Part shown: piece by piece, positions 1 through 11,022 of the stretch
How positions within the stretch are numbered: position 1 is the first letter of the stretch
Layout of the letters: the number at the start of each line of letters is the position of its first letter
Assembly (NCBI GenBank): GCA_963737635.1
Contig: CAVTTL010000001.1
Location: forward strand, 992,001-1,056,000
Direction: 5' to 3'
Length of the DNA: 64,000 bases
From: an uncultured Methanoregulaceae archaeon
GTDB taxonomy: Archaea; Halobacteriota; Methanomicrobia; Methanomicrobiales; Methanospirillaceae
Position numbers and translations under genes: made by a program
The notes under the pieces: generated by a model
Told to the model about the DNA's origin: nothing
Databases searched by the model: none
What the model saw: the letters and a program-made list of their open reading frames with translations, nothing else

Positions 1-1
1 G

Positions 2-3000
2 TTCGGGGAGAAGAACAATGACGAGATCCTCGACCACTCCATACGTACCGCGATGGCCCTTCTGACCGAAGGTGTGGTCTCCGCCCCGACTGAAGGGATT
101 GCAAAAGTCGGTGTTGGCAAAAACGATGATGGCAGCACCTACCTCAAAATTTATTACGCAGGACCTATCCGGAGCGCTGGCGGGACGGCACAGGCACTCT
201 CAGTGCTCGTCGGTGACTATGTTCGGCAAAAACTCGGGATCGATCGCTATCGTCCCCGTCAGGTCGAGGTCGAGCGGTACATCGAGGAGATCCGCCAGTA
301 TAACTCCATCATGAACCTCCAGTACCTGCCAAGCGAAGCGGAGATCCGGTTGATTGTGGAGAACTGCCCGGTCTGCATCGACGGCGAAGCGACGGAAAAA
401 GAGGAGGTCTCCGGGCACCGGAACCTTGATCGCGTCGAGACAAACGCCGTGAGAGGCGGAATGGCACTGGTCCTCGCAGAAGGTATCGCCGGGAAAGCCC
501 GCAAGCTCAAGAGCAAAGTCGAGAAAATGAACATGGATGGGTGGGACTGGCTGGACAAGCTTATCGCCGGATCGGCCAAACCCGGGGCTGATGAAAATTT
601 CCTTGGGGTCAAGCCTCTGGATAAATACCTCCGGGATCTTATTGGGGGAAGGCCGGTCTTTTCCTACCCGATGCGCAAAGGAGGATTCCGGCTCCGGTAC
701 GGCCGTTCGCGCAATACCGGCTTTGCGACTGCCGGGTTCAATCCGGCGACGCTTCATTTGCTGGGTGGATTTCTTGCGGTGGGCACCCAGATGAAACTTG
801 AGCGTCCTGGTAAGGCCTGCGGTGTTGTCCCTGTTGATACCATCGAAGGGCCGACCGTGCGTTTGACCGGCGGCGAAGTTATCCGGGTGGATGATGAAAA
901 GACCGCTCTTGCCGTCTTATCGAAAGTGGAGAGAATCCTCGATGTCGGTGAAATCCTGGTAGCGTATGGGGACTTTCTGGAGAACAACCACCCGCTGGTG
1001 CCCGCCGGATACTGCGAGGAATGGTGGCTGCTCGATCAGGGTCCGGGTACAAAACCTCCGCGTGACGAAACAGAAGCGCTTGCGGTTGCCGGGACAGGTG
1101 GATACCTTCACCCGGCCTATACCTGGTTCTGGGATGATATCTCTGCTGACCAGATCCAACTTCTCGTCGGTGCAGTTTCAGGTACCGGGAAAATCGACGA
1201 CGGTGGGCTGGTCATCGCTCTTGACCCGAACGTAAAAGAGGCCCTCGAGACCTTGCTCATTCCTCACAAGGTGAGTGGGGGGATGATACGGATCCGGACA
1301 TTCCGGGCGTTTATCGCCTGCCTCGGGCTTGATGAACACTTAAAAAGACGTGCTACCTGGACCACGGCACCTTCTGATGCTTTGCCGCTTGCCCTTGTTA
1401 TGCACCTGAGCGGCCTGCGGCTCCGGTCACGCTCCGGGCTCCGGATAGGAGGCCGGATGGGCAGGCCCGGAAAGTCTAAGCCGCGCAAGATGAGCCCCCC
1501 GCCGCATGCGCTTTTTCCGCTCGGGGAATCCGGGGGTGCCCGGCGATCGTTTCAGGAAGCGTCGATCCACACCGAAGAATCGGACGCCCATGCGACCGAG
1601 ATCGATTTCCAGAAAGAGGGTGGGATCATCGAGATCGAAGTCGGGCGCCGCCGGTGTTCCGGCTGTGGTGAGATCACCTACCTGAACCGGTGCCAGAAGT
1701 GCGGGAACCATACGACCCCGGTAAACACCTGCCCGAAATGCGGGCACGAGGTGGCGACCGAGCGTTGCCCGAAATGCGATGTCCCGGCTACCTGCAGCCA
1801 GAGGATCAGCCTGAACGTGAAAGCGGAGTATGCGCAGGCGATGGAGCGCCTCGGGATAAAAAGAGAGAGTATCGCGCTGGTCAAGGGGGTTAAGGGCGTT
1901 ATTTCCCGGGAGAAGACGGTCGAAGCGATGGAGAAGGGCATCCTCCGCGCCCAGCAGGACATCTATGTTTTCAAGGACGGCACTACCCGGTTTGACATGA
2001 TCGACCTTCCGCTCACCCACATCCGGCCGGACGAGATACGGGTTCCGGTTGAAAAGATGCGCGAGCTCGGGTACATAAAAGATATCAACGGCTACGATCT
2101 CCAGAACGGGAAACAGATTGTCGAGATGCACCCGCAGGATCTCCTTGTCTCGGACTCGTGTGCGGACTATATGGTGAAAGTCGCGCAGTTTATTGATGAC
2201 GAGTTGACCCGGCTCTACGGCCTTCCTGCCTTCTACAATTTGAAGACCCGGGAGGATCTGGTTGGCCACCTTGTTATTGGTCTTGCTCCTCACACGAGCG
2301 CAGGGGTATTGGCCCGGATCATCGGGTTTACCCGGGCAAATGTCGGGTATGCCCACCCGTTCTTCCACGCGGCTAAGCGACGGAACTGCTTCTACGGCGA
2401 TACCGAGATAGAAGTCTACGATGGAAAAACATGGTCGCGCCTGCCCATCCGAAAATTTGTGATGGAGAACTTCGATGTGAGCCAGCCCGGGCTCGACCGT
2501 CTGGGCACGTATTATTCAGACCCGGTGCGCCCGTACTTCACAAGAACCGTGGATACGTCGGGCATGATGCACCTGCGCAGGATCACCTCCGTCTCTATCC
2601 ACCGGGCGCCGGCACACTTGATCCGGTTTGTTACCGCTAGGAACCGGCAGCTGACGGTCACCCCGGACCACGCGATGGTCGTCTGGGATACCGGGTACTT
2701 ACGGAAGATAAAGGCGCTGGAAGTCAAGGTCGGGGATGCCGTACCAGTATACGAGGGCGGAGGGGTGATTGCCGACCGGATCAGCTCAGCTGAAACAGTT
2801 ACCTCCCTTGAGGATCGGGTGTACTGCCTGACGGTGGCAGAGGATCATACCCTTGTTGCAAATGGCATTTTTACCGGCCAGTGCGACGGCGACGAGGACT
2901 GCATCATGCTTCTCATGGACGGTCTTTTAAACTTCTCCCGCTCGTTTTTGCCCCAGAACCGTGGCGGTACGATGGATGCGCCGCTTGTGCTCACCAGCCG

Positions 3001-3652
3001 CATTGACCCGGCAGAGATAGATAAGGAGTCCCTCAATGTGGATGTCGGGCCCGGTTACCCGCTCGAGCTTTACGAGGCCGGCCTTGTATATGCCAAGGCA
3101 AAAGATGTCGAGCCGCTCATCGACCGGGTCGAACGGAGATTGGGAACTCCTCAGCAGCTTGAAGGCTTTTTCTTCACGCACGATACCTCGGACATCTCGG
3201 CAGGGCCGCTCGAGTCCACCTACACCCAGCTCAAGACCATGAGCGAGAAACTCGAGGCAGAGCTTGACCTTGCTGAGAAGATCCGGGCGGTCGATGCCGA
3301 CGATGTGGCGGAGCGTGTTCTCAATACGCATTTCATCCGCGACCTGATGGGAAACCTCTCCGCGTTCTCCAAGCAGAAGTTTCGGTGTACAAAATGTAAT
3401 ACCAGTTACCGCAGAATGCCTTTAGCCGGCAAGTGCACGAAGTTTAAGGGCAAAGGAATCTGCAACGGCAATATCATTCCGACAGTACATGAAGGCTCGG
3501 TCAAAAAGTATCTCGAAGTGTCCCGCAAGATGGTAGAAAAGTATAAGGTATCCGAATACACCCGCCAACGGGTTGAAGTGCTCGACCTTGCCATCGAGTC
3601 GACCTTTGGCGAGGAGAAGCAGGAACAGCTGGGCCTTGCAGATTTCATGTAA
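2..3652 (+). CDS. polC: DNA polymerase II (PolD) large subunit DP2, 5'-truncated by the window edge, intein-containing
   Basis: Frame is open from nt 2 ([18 protein letters not shown]...). DP2 motifs: [39 protein letters not shown][intein]CDGDED catalytic site, Zn fingers, C-terminal [11 protein letters not shown]-like box. Confidence 0.97.
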   Translation, partial: FGEKNNDEILDHSIRTAMALLTEGVVSAPTEGIAKVGVGKNDDGSTYLKIYYAGPIRSAGGTAQALSVLVGDYVRQKLGIDRYRPRQVEVERYIEEIRQYNSIMNLQYLPSEAEIRLIVENCPVCIDGEATEKEEVSGHRNLDRVETNAVRGGMALVLAEGIAGKARKLKSKVEKMNMDGWDWLDKLIAGSAKPGADENFLGVKPLDKYLRDLIGGRPVFSYPMRKGGFRLRYGRSRNTGFATAGFNPATLHLLGGFLAVGTQMKLERPGKACGVVPVDTIEGPTVRLTGGEVIRVDDEKTALAVLSKVERILDVGEILVAYGDFLENNHPLVPAGYCEEWWLLDQGPGTKPPRDETEALAVAGTGGYLHPAYTWFWDDISADQIQLLVGAVSGTGKIDDGGLVIALDPNVKEALETLLIPHKVSGGMIRIRTFRAFIACLGLDEHLKRRATWTTAPSDALPLALVMHLSGLRLRSRSGLRIGGRMGRPGKSKPRKMSPPPHALFPLGESGGARRSFQEASIHTEESDAHATEIDFQKEGGIIEIEVGRRRCSGCGEITYLNRCQKCGNHTTPVNTCPKCGHEVATERCPKCDVPATCSQRISLNVKAEYAQAMERLGIKRESIALVKGVKGVISREKTVEAMEKGILRAQQDIYVFKDGTTRFDMIDLPLTHIRPDEIRVPVEKMRELGYIKDINGYDLQNGKQIVEMHPQDLLVSDSCADYMVKVAQFIDDELTRLYGLPAFYNLKTREDLVGHLVIGLAPHTSAGVLARIIGFTRANVGYAHPFFHAAKRRNCFYGDTEIEVYDGKTWSRLPIRKFVMENFDVSQPGLDRLGTYYSDPVRPYFTRTVDTSGMMHLRRITSVSIHRAPAHLIRFVTARNRQLTVTPDHAMVVWDTGYLRKIKALEVKVGDAVPVYEGGGVIADRISSAETVTSLEDRVYCLTVAEDHTLVANGIFTGQCDGDEDCIMLLMDGLLNFSRSFLPQNRGGTMDAPLVLTSRIDPAEIDKESLNVDVGPGYPLELYEAGLVYAKAKDVEPLIDRVERRLGTPQQLEGFFFTHDTSDISAGPLESTYTQLKTMSEKLEAELDLAEKIRAVDADDVAERVLNTHFIRDLMGNLSAFSKQKFRCTKCNTSYRRMPLAGKCTKFKGKGICNGNIIPTVHEGSVKKYLEVSRKMVEKYKVSEYTRQRVEVLDLAIESTFGEEKQEQLGLADFM
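2387..2881 (+). other. Mini-intein (165 aa, no homing endonuclease) in DP2
   Basis: Interrupts KRRN|CDGDED. Starts CFYGDT (block A), has VTPDH (block B) and VYCLTV (block F), ends NGIFTGQ before +1 Cys. Confidence 0.95.
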
Positions 3653-3706
3653 TCGTGCGATCAGGTACCTTATTTATTTCTCACACCAACATAATCCAAC
3701 ACGGGA

Positions 3707-3791
3707 GCGAGGGTATCCAAGCTTGGCCAACGGAGGCAGACTCAAGATCTGTTCTTGAAGAAGTTCGCGGGTTCAAATCCCTCCCCTCGCA
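3707..3791 (+). tRNA. tRNA-Leu (anticodon CAA)
   Basis: Acceptor stem GCGAGGG/CCCTCGC plus discriminator A; anticodon arm GCAGA-CTCAAGA-TCTGT; long variable arm; GGTTCAAATCC T-loop; CCA not encoded (TCA follows). Confidence 0.93.
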
Positions 3792-4042
3792 TCAGGCCAA
3801 ATAGTACCAGACTTTTCTTTCTCGGCTGACCGTTTTACACTCGGAACCGACACTTCGATCGATTAAGCGAATCAAGTGGATAAGGCGGAATAATTATCTC
3901 TGAACCGAGCAGTAAAAATCATTCGTAAATTATTAACCTTCTCATCTCTCTTTTCTATTAGATTTCTCAATAGTTCGACTGTCAATCTTTTCTCCGATTC
4001 AATACTTGCATTTGATTACCCCGGTATCTGATCAGAAAAAAT

Positions 4043-4070
4043 AAAAAATCAATCCTAAAAAATCAATCCT
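4043..4070. repeat. Perfect 14-bp tandem repeat (AAAAAATCAATCCT x2) upstream of the VWA gene
   Basis: Read directly at 4043-4056 and 4057-4070. Confidence 0.7.
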
Positions 4071-4179
4071 GACAAAAAACCGGCTTTGTTTTCGAAAAAA
4101 AAGAGAAATTCGCCCCTATAAAATATAGAAAATTTTATATATGAAATAGTACCATATTTACCGTTTGGAGATATGAGGT

Positions 4180-7100
4180 ATGCGGATATTTATCTTAATC
4201 TTTTTTATTATTGGCCTAATATGCCTTGTTGGCGGGGCTTTTGCAGATGACCTTTCCCAGTCTAATATCGGCTCCAGCCAAGTATGGGTGATCGCAAACG
4301 GCAATTCCCAGTCGACAATCACGGTAACGGCTTTGGATTCCAATGATGTGCCTCAATCCGGGATACCGGTAACCTTTTCTCTGGCGCCTAATTCTGCCGT
4401 TATGGGAACACTCAGCCAAACAAGCGCTCTGACCAATTCCATTGGCGTCGCGACAACTACGTTTACCGTCAATAAAACGAGCGGCAGTGCAACCATCAAT
4501 GCAGCATTGAAGAATACGACTGGCGTCGTCACCAATCTCGTTTACGTTCAGCAAATCGATCACGATACCCCGTTCTACTATACAGTTACTTCACCATCTC
4601 AGGGATCGGTGGGTACTCTGACCTCTTTCAATATCTCCTATACTGACGAATGGGGCAATGTAATTGACCACCGCAATCCCGCCGATCTTAATAATATCTC
4701 GCTCCAAATCGGTTCTGTCTCTGGAAATGCTGCTTTTTTTATTAATGGATCCTACGTGACGACCACAACCCGGCAATTGAATAGTGTAACGGGATCGGTA
4801 TCGGTTTCAGTATTACTCGATTACGTTGCAGGACAGAACAATATCGCCATACAACCCTTCGGTGCAATCCCGACTGTATACCCGTCCATTCTTGGTGTTG
4901 CAAATGGGATTCCCGCATCGATTACCCAAACTGTAAACCCCATTCCGCCGATGGTGCCAGCAGATGAAACTCATACCATTTCCATATTATACACTCTTTA
5001 TGACAAATATGGCAACCCTACCATTGGCCAGAATCTCTCCGTTCAGACGAGTTTAGGCGAAAATTATCCGAATTTGGCGTCAAATAACTTCGGCCAGGTG
5101 GGATTGACGTACGGTCCGAAGGGTACTGCCGGAAACATTACCATTACGGCAACCGCCGCTAGCAATTCCTCGGTCACCTGCAACCAGACTGTGACATTTT
5201 ATAGTACCGCACCTACTAACTGGGCGCTTGCCGCAGATCCTCAAACTATGCCCAGTTTTGACGTAAATAATAAGACCGTGGCAAATATAACGGCACAGGT
5301 CACCGATATCATGGGAAATCCTGTCTCCAACCAGACGGTGACGTTCAGTCTTGGTACGCCCTCTTATGACAAAAGTACTGATGTCATAACTTCTGCACCA
5401 ACGCTTACCAGTACCAGTGCCGTGACCGATAACAACGGTAATGCCATCGTCCAGTTCATTCCGGGCGGTTTTACGACAAATTCGTCAAATGTGTACTATA
5501 ATCCATCGGCTACCGGTAACTGTTCTGTAACCGCAATGTGGAATGGCACGCAGCAAAGCGTCCTTCTTACATGGAAAAACTATCCCTATCTCAGTGCCTT
5601 TACGAGCGTCTCCCCATCAACTGTCCCGGTCAACGGAACGGTTAACGTGACCGTTAAACTGACCGGGGACGGGTGGGCACTCACGACCAACCCAATCGAC
5701 GTCGTCCTTCTTTTTGATCGATCCGGAAGTATGGGAGACGAGATGCCAGATCACAATACGGAGATAGTGGATGCGAGAAACGGTGCAAACACTTTTATCA
5801 GTCTGGTAAATTCTTCGGACGACCGGATGGCCGTAGTCTCATTCGCCGGCGATGACTCTGGCGCAAATGTTGATACCACGGTCAACCAAAACCTGACTGC
5901 CAATTCTGCAGCAGTTAAAACTGCAATTCAGGGTTTGAATCCCAACGGAGCTACCGGAACCCGGGATGGTCTCTACCAGGCTATCAACCTGATTTTAGCG
6001 AATCCGAATTCCAACCCTCGGGCGGTGCGAGCAATTATTCTCCTGACTGACGGGGATTACAACTGGCTGGGAGATTTCCTTGGCAGGGGAACCGGCTATT
6101 ATCCCCCTCCCCCCACAGGATATACCGGGTACAGCCCACAAAATCTTGAACCGGAAGAATATTTATATTACCCCGGCTTGGGCGGTTCCCTTATACCTGT
6201 GGCCTATTTTACTGCCACGAACAGCAAGCTAACAGTCCAGTTCACGGATAAGTCGTTGGGCAACCCAACTTCATGGAACTGGAGCTTTGGTGATGGTTCT
6301 CTCGTCAACGCGACTATGCAGAATCCGGTCCATACCTATGCTTCCGGCACTAAAAATTATCAAGTTTCGGAAAAAGTGACCACTTCTGCAGGAAGTAATA
6401 CAGCGACATCGAACTCAAATTATGTCCAAGTCTCGGGTTCGAGTTTAACTATAGCCGGTTCAAATGTACCATCAGTACCTCCGTATTATACTACGGCACC
6501 CGATGAACAACTTACCAACCAGAACCTGTCTGTCTACGCTTACAACAATGGTATCCGGGTCTATACGATTGGGTATGCCAATTCGTTTGATTCCCAGGCC
6601 GTTACCGATATGAACGTATTATCAAATGCGACCGGTGGCTTTTATGCACCGGCGCCTACCGCGGCCCAGCTCCAAACGATCTATACCCAGATTGCCGGGA
6701 ACCTTCAGATTGCAGCCGGTGTGAACACCCAGATGACCATGAACTTCCAGAATGTGATGCTCAATAATGTTTCAGTGCCGAATGCTAACGCCTTTACCTA
6801 TGTAGCTGCAAATCCCGGGTCTACGGATATCACGTGGCAGAACGGCGTGACGAACAATACGAACCAGATGGCTCAATGGCAAACTAACAAAACACTTATC
6901 TTTAATATCGGAACCATAAATCTCGGCCAGACTTGGCAGGCAGTATTCGAGCTCAATATAACACAAGCCGGTGATTTCCAGCTCTTTGGCAACCAGTCTG
7001 GAACCATCACGTTTAACAACGGAACGAGTTTTCTGCAACTTCCGGGTACATCTTTTACGGCGCTCGCTAATCTTACGAATGATGGTGCGACAGAACAATC

Positions 7101-7470
7101 AATTCTTCTCTCACCGATTCAAGCACCACAGTCCGAGATAGTCACCGATTTCATACCATTACAATGGAGTACGACTATGCCGGCAACAGCTACTGCACCC
7201 GACGAGGAACGTCTCTATTATTCGACCTCTGAACAGCCCGCCTCGACATGTGGCAATGCACCATGGGTAGGCCCCTTTGACACGCAGCAAGGCATTCCTA
7301 TTGGTACTCTTTCGACCCAGAACTCGAGCCTTGATGTCCGCAGTCTACCCCCGGGCACTTACTATGTCTGCGTTGATGCCACGGCAGGCAATGCGTACCC
7401 CGCAACAGCTGAAACTATTTCTGGGGTAACAGTCAAAGAGTCAGGAAAAACGTACATTCAGCTCCAATGA
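4180..7470 (+). CDS. Secreted Ig-like (Big_1/invasin-type) + VWA + PKD domain surface protein, probable adhesin
   Basis: N-terminal signal peptide; repeated Ig-like modules (ITVTALDSNDVPQSGIPVTFS, TAQVTDIMGNPVSNQTVTFS); VWA MIDAS DRSGS...T...TDG; PKD motif WNWSFGDG...NPVHTY; many N-x-S/T sequons. Confidence 0.85.
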   Translation: MRIFILIFFIIGLICLVGGAFADDLSQSNIGSSQVWVIANGNSQSTITVTALDSNDVPQSGIPVTFSLAPNSAVMGTLSQTSALTNSIGVATTTFTVNKTSGSATINAALKNTTGVVTNLVYVQQIDHDTPFYYTVTSPSQGSVGTLTSFNISYTDEWGNVIDHRNPADLNNISLQIGSVSGNAAFFINGSYVTTTTRQLNSVTGSVSVSVLLDYVAGQNNIAIQPFGAIPTVYPSILGVANGIPASITQTVNPIPPMVPADETHTISILYTLYDKYGNPTIGQNLSVQTSLGENYPNLASNNFGQVGLTYGPKGTAGNITITATAASNSSVTCNQTVTFYSTAPTNWALAADPQTMPSFDVNNKTVANITAQVTDIMGNPVSNQTVTFSLGTPSYDKSTDVITSAPTLTSTSAVTDNNGNAIVQFIPGGFTTNSSNVYYNPSATGNCSVTAMWNGTQQSVLLTWKNYPYLSAFTSVSPSTVPVNGTVNVTVKLTGDGWALTTNPIDVVLLFDRSGSMGDEMPDHNTEIVDARNGANTFISLVNSSDDRMAVVSFAGDDSGANVDTTVNQNLTANSAAVKTAIQGLNPNGATGTRDGLYQAINLILANPNSNPRAVRAIILLTDGDYNWLGDFLGRGTGYYPPPPTGYTGYSPQNLEPEEYLYYPGLGGSLIPVAYFTATNSKLTVQFTDKSLGNPTSWNWSFGDGSLVNATMQNPVHTYASGTKNYQVSEKVTTSAGSNTATSNSNYVQVSGSSLTIAGSNVPSVPPYYTTAPDEQLTNQNLSVYAYNNGIRVYTIGYANSFDSQAVTDMNVLSNATGGFYAPAPTAAQLQTIYTQIAGNLQIAAGVNTQMTMNFQNVMLNNVSVPNANAFTYVAANPGSTDITWQNGVTNNTNQMAQWQTNKTLIFNIGTINLGQTWQAVFELNITQAGDFQLFGNQSGTITFNNGTSFLQLPGTSFTALANLTNDGATEQSILLSPIQAPQSEIVTDFIPLQWSTTMPATATAPDEERLYYSTSEQPASTCGNAPWVGPFDTQQGIPIGTLSTQNSSLDVRSLPPGTYYVCVDATAGNAYPATAETISGVTVKESGKTYIQLQ

Positions 7471-7790
7471 ACCATCGTTAAATCAGGTTCCTGATGGAAT
7501 CTCTCCGGGTCGATGCTCCCGGATAATTCCGAATTTTCCCTAAAAATACTTCAGATCTCATTTTTAGACCAGAGCTGGAATTTCCAGATTTCAGCCCAAT
7601 CCACCACTTTTATCGCGTAATGATATCTGGGCAACTGGCAGAAAGAGAAAGGCCCCGGTGCCAAAAGAGTTCTTGAAAAAATTCTATTGATTGTGAATAA
7701 ACGGTAGTCTTTTGGGGCATGTTTTGAAAAATAAACCGACGACTTCATGCAAAAATAGTGGTTGTAGCGATATACTTGTGTCCCGGGAAT

Positions 7791-8579
7791 TTACACAGAA
7801 TTTACAACGATTTGGTATTGGTAGACCACAAGTGTACTAACAGGTGGGAACGCGTATCCATTACTTCCGGCGCTCATCCCCAGTGTGGTGGTGAAGTAAT
7901 TTTGCCAGGCTGCAGAATAATCGACAGTTGAATTTGGAGTATATTCTACCGAGATTGTGTGTTGGGGTTGAAAATTATATACGGAGTAGTTGGTCTGGCC
8001 AAGGGCCATGTTCACCGTGCCGATACCACTGCGTGCCAGGACATTTGTGGTATTGAACCCGATCAGGTAAATGACAGCCGTGCTGGTCGGGCCATCGTAG
8101 AACCAGCGGGGTTCGGCAAGCATCGTGGAGCCATTTTCTGCGAGCATCCGCATGACCACAGCACCGTTTTCTAGTGAAATATCGGTATCGGCGCTGGTGG
8201 ATTCATACCGCATATCTCCTGAATAGAACGGTTGACTCAGTCCTGAGAGTGGTTGACCATTGTCAAAAATGGTGAAATTTGAAGACGAAGTGCTGTAGCT
8301 CATATTGTACACGGTCAGAGCCCCTCCTCCTACATTGAGTGAGGTCTCAGTGTACGGTACCATGTTATAAGAGAGGCCCTTGAGATCATTTTGCAGCACG
8401 ATCATGTTCTTTTCCATGATCCTCTCGTTTGCAGTGGACTGCTGCTGCATGAGCATCGGGTAACCGTACATTGTCACAAGCCCAATACCGGCTATAATGA
8501 TAGTGAATATGAGTATGAAACCGATTGATTCAGATATACCATCATCGCTCATGTGTCCGTTGGTCTCAATAATACTCAT
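7791..8579 (-). CDS. Archaeal pilin-like protein (class III signal peptide)
   Basis: DDG|ISESIGFILIFTIIIAGIGLV: short charged leader, Gly, then hydrophobic helix. Confidence 0.7.
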   Translation of the reverse strand: MSIIETNGHMSDDGISESIGFILIFTIIIAGIGLVTMYGYPMLMQQQSTANERIMEKNMIVLQNDLKGLSYNMVPYTETSLNVGGGALTVYNMSYSTSSSNFTIFDNGQPLSGLSQPFYSGDMRYESTSADTDISLENGAVVMRMLAENGSTMLAEPRWFYDGPTSTAVIYLIGFNTTNVLARSGIGTVNMALGQTNYSVYNFQPQHTISVEYTPNSTVDYSAAWQNYFTTTLGMSAGSNGYAFPPVSTLVVYQYQIVVNSV

Positions 8580-8581
8580 AA

Positions 8582-9043
8582 TTAAAACCCATTCGAATTG
8601 TATGTGATCATGTTTATCCCACCGCCGGTAGTATTCCCGTTGGCTGCTCCTTGTGGTGTAAGATCAATCTCGGCAAGGCTGATATTGCTCGAAATAGTAT
8701 CCCGCCACACCACAATATCCTGATCGTTCGGATTGCTGCCCGGCTCAATATCTACAAAATAATTCAATCCTCCAACATCCTCTGGAATGGTGAAATAAGT
8801 CGAAAGTGTTCCGTTCTGCGGGGCAATACTGTATACATCGACCATCCGGGTTGATATACCGTTACCGATATCGGTAAACGCATAAAAGCTCAGGGTGTCG
8901 GCCGGTCCAGTCATGATATTAGTATTCACCAGCAACAGCATGACAACAAAGAGAACCATGAGGATACCGCTCACCATCACGTACTCGATAAGAGTCACTA
9001 CTCCGGGTTCATTGTGACGGTCACGGCGACGCCCAAGTCTCAT
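8582..9043 (-). CDS. Archaeal pilin-like protein (class III signal peptide)
   Basis: RRRDRHNEPG|VVTLIEYVMVSGILMVLFVV; overlaps the neighbouring gene. Confidence 0.7.
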   Translation of the reverse strand: MRLGRRRDRHNEPGVVTLIEYVMVSGILMVLFVVMLLLVNTNIMTGPADTLSFYAFTDIGNGISTRMVDVYSIAPQNGTLSTYFTIPEDVGGLNYFVDIEPGSNPNDQDIVVWRDTISSNISLAEIDLTPQGAANGNTTGGGINMITYNSNGF

Positions 9044-9383
9044 TGTATATCGTCACCCCGTTATTGTAATGCATGTTAATATAGGTGTAGTTGCCCTGCA
9101 CGTAACTCGAATACGTCACTATAGCACCTTTTCGTGCCAGTTCAATGGCCACTGTATCGTTGTATACGACGAGAGGATCATTGACCGGGTCTTCGTAAAC
9201 TGAGTTAATGATCGCTGCCCGCACGTCACGGATGTCATCCTTTGGAAAGTCCAGGACGCTTTCTGCAGTGGTCTGGCCAACGATTGTGGACTGGTTGAGG
9301 ATCGTCGCCAGGAAGAAGAAACTAAAACTTACCACAAATCCCATGAGGATAATCCACTGTGCATCTTCATTCAATCCCGCCAT
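9021..9383 (-). CDS. Archaeal pilin-like protein
   Basis: NEDA|QWIILMGFVVSFSFFFLA; translationally coupled within the operon. Confidence 0.65.
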   Translation of the reverse strand: MAGLNEDAQWIILMGFVVSFSFFFLATILNQSTIVGQTTAESVLDFPKDDIRDVRAAIINSVYEDPVNDPLVVYNDTVAIELARKGAIVTYSSYVQGNYTYINMHYNNGVTIYNETWASP

Positions 9384-9877
9384 AAGAGCACCTCCACGAG
9401 AACCACTCTATTTTCTTTCTTGTTATCTCCTTGCAACTGTTTGTTAATAACTACCCATTCTGTCACTCTTACCGGATGTTCGGTCCCGGTAAGATTACGG
9501 TTGGATGCAAGCGGGTAATTCCAGACGGTATTATCGGTCAGGTTATAGTAAGAAACCGTGGCACTGTAGTGCAGGTTATCTGTTTCTGATCCCGTCCTAT
9601 TATTCGTCAGATTCGTGAAAATCGTGTTGAAGGTAGAGCCGCCATTTGGTTGTTCGATGATGGTCTGCAACGGGCTCTCCGACTGCAACCCATTAACCGG
9701 CATGTTCATCGCCCGTAATGAATCTGTCCCGAGTTGTTCAAGCTGCATATCCGTAATGTGGGCATCCCCGGGCGTATATACGGTAGTCGTACTCATCACC
9801 AGATAAGCGGTAAAAATCATGAGCAAACCCGCGGCAACGCCTTCAATCGTATATAACTGCCCACCATTATCTACCAT
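9371..9877 (-). CDS. Archaeal pilin-like protein
   Basis: DNGG|QLYTIEGVAAGLLMIF; ends ...VLVEVLLW. Confidence 0.7.
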   Translation of the reverse strand: MVDNGGQLYTIEGVAAGLLMIFTAYLVMSTTTVYTPGDAHITDMQLEQLGTDSLRAMNMPVNGLQSESPLQTIIEQPNGGSTFNTIFTNLTNNRTGSETDNLHYSATVSYYNLTDNTVWNYPLASNRNLTGTEHPVRVTEWVVINKQLQGDNKKENRVVLVEVLLWRD

Positions 9878-11022
9878 ACTGAAACCTCCATTACGCCACT
9901 TTGTAAACTGGGCTGAGTTACGTTTGCAGGATTGTAGTTATAACTGAACGGGGGGCTCATCGTATTATTAAGGTACCAATCTGGTTGGGAAAGTTGGAAG
10001 GCGAGCCTGACATACAGCTGGGTCGTCGTATCTTCCTGGTAAACGTTATTATTTCCCATCTGGTAAAAAAAACCCGGTGTGAACGTCAGAGACAGGTTAC
10101 TGGTGACATTAACAGGAAGCGCAGAGATAGGTGTAGAATTACCATCAACATATAAATAAAAGGGTGGGGTGGTGGAAAGATTGCCTCCGTTGACACTGCT
10201 GGTGAAATTATCAAGAACTGAGAAGGCCGGGTAGGGGTACGGTTGTGATTGTTGTGCTCTAAGTATAGTGATAGCAGATACGTTGACAGTGGGATAATGC
10301 GGTGGTGGTCCTTGATCATAATTGGTATCATAAAGGGTACTCAGATTGGTAAGATTAACCGTAATCTGATCGTCCCACGGATCAATCTGGTACAGGGGAT
10401 TGGTGCATGCAGGATTCGTGGCGTTAGCCAACAGGTCTGTGGAGTTTATCTGTATGGTGAAGAAATGGGTCGTGACGTTAGCTGTTGACTGGTATCTCTG
10501 TTGCACGTTTCCGCTGTCGATCGTGGCGTTACTCGGTACTTTCAATTCGACAACCCGCCGGACGTATCCATATCCGTCTGGCAGGACATCTCCGATTGAT
10601 TCTGTTGCTGGGTTGCCGGCAAACTGAAGAGAGATATTAAATAAGTACGGGTAATTGCCAAAAACGGCCCGTGAACGATAATCTCCGGGATACATGAATT
10701 CCGTGCTGCAGAAAAACCGGTTTAATTTTTGCTGAGAAAGGATATTGGGGGTGTCTTTTGAGAGAGCGAGCCCAAACCGGATGCCATTCGTCTGTATATA
10801 GTAATCAGGATAGATGCCCGGGTTCTCCCAGGATACCGGCGCACCGGGATCTTCCACCAGAATGACACCGGTGCGGTACGCGACTGCATTATAATCGATG
10901 GTGCTACTCTGAAGACCAAGCAAAAGACTTGGAATCAGGCTGGCAACGTAGATAAAAGCAACCATAAATATGGTGAAACCGGCTAAGAAATCAAGAGAAA
11001 GATTCGCGGTATCATCCATCAT
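9871..11022 (-). CDS. Large archaeal pilin-like protein
   Basis: DDTA|NLSLDFLAGFTIFMVAFIYV; ends ...VMEVSVW like its neighbour; many sequons. Confidence 0.7.
   Translation of the reverse strand: MMDDTANLSLDFLAGFTIFMVAFIYVASLIPSLLLGLQSSTIDYNAVAYRTGVILVEDPGAPVSWENPGIYPDYYIQTNGIRFGLALSKDTPNILSQQKLNRFFCSTEFMYPGDYRSRAVFGNYPYLFNISLQFAGNPATESIGDVLPDGYGYVRRVVELKVPSNATIDSGNVQQRYQSTANVTTHFFTIQINSTDLLANATNPACTNPLYQIDPWDDQITVNLTNLSTLYDTNYDQGPPPHYPTVNVSAITILRAQQSQPYPYPAFSVLDNFTSSVNGGNLSTTPPFYLYVDGNSTPISALPVNVTSNLSLTFTPGFFYQMGNNNVYQEDTTTQLYVRLAFQLSQPDWYLNNTMSPPFSYNYNPANVTQPSLQSGVMEVSVW

Noticed and set aside
3767-3783. C:U mismatch in the tRNA-Leu T-stem (GCGGG/CCCTC)
   Set aside because: A single mismatch may be tolerated or a base error; not enough to claim editing or a pseudo-tRNA.
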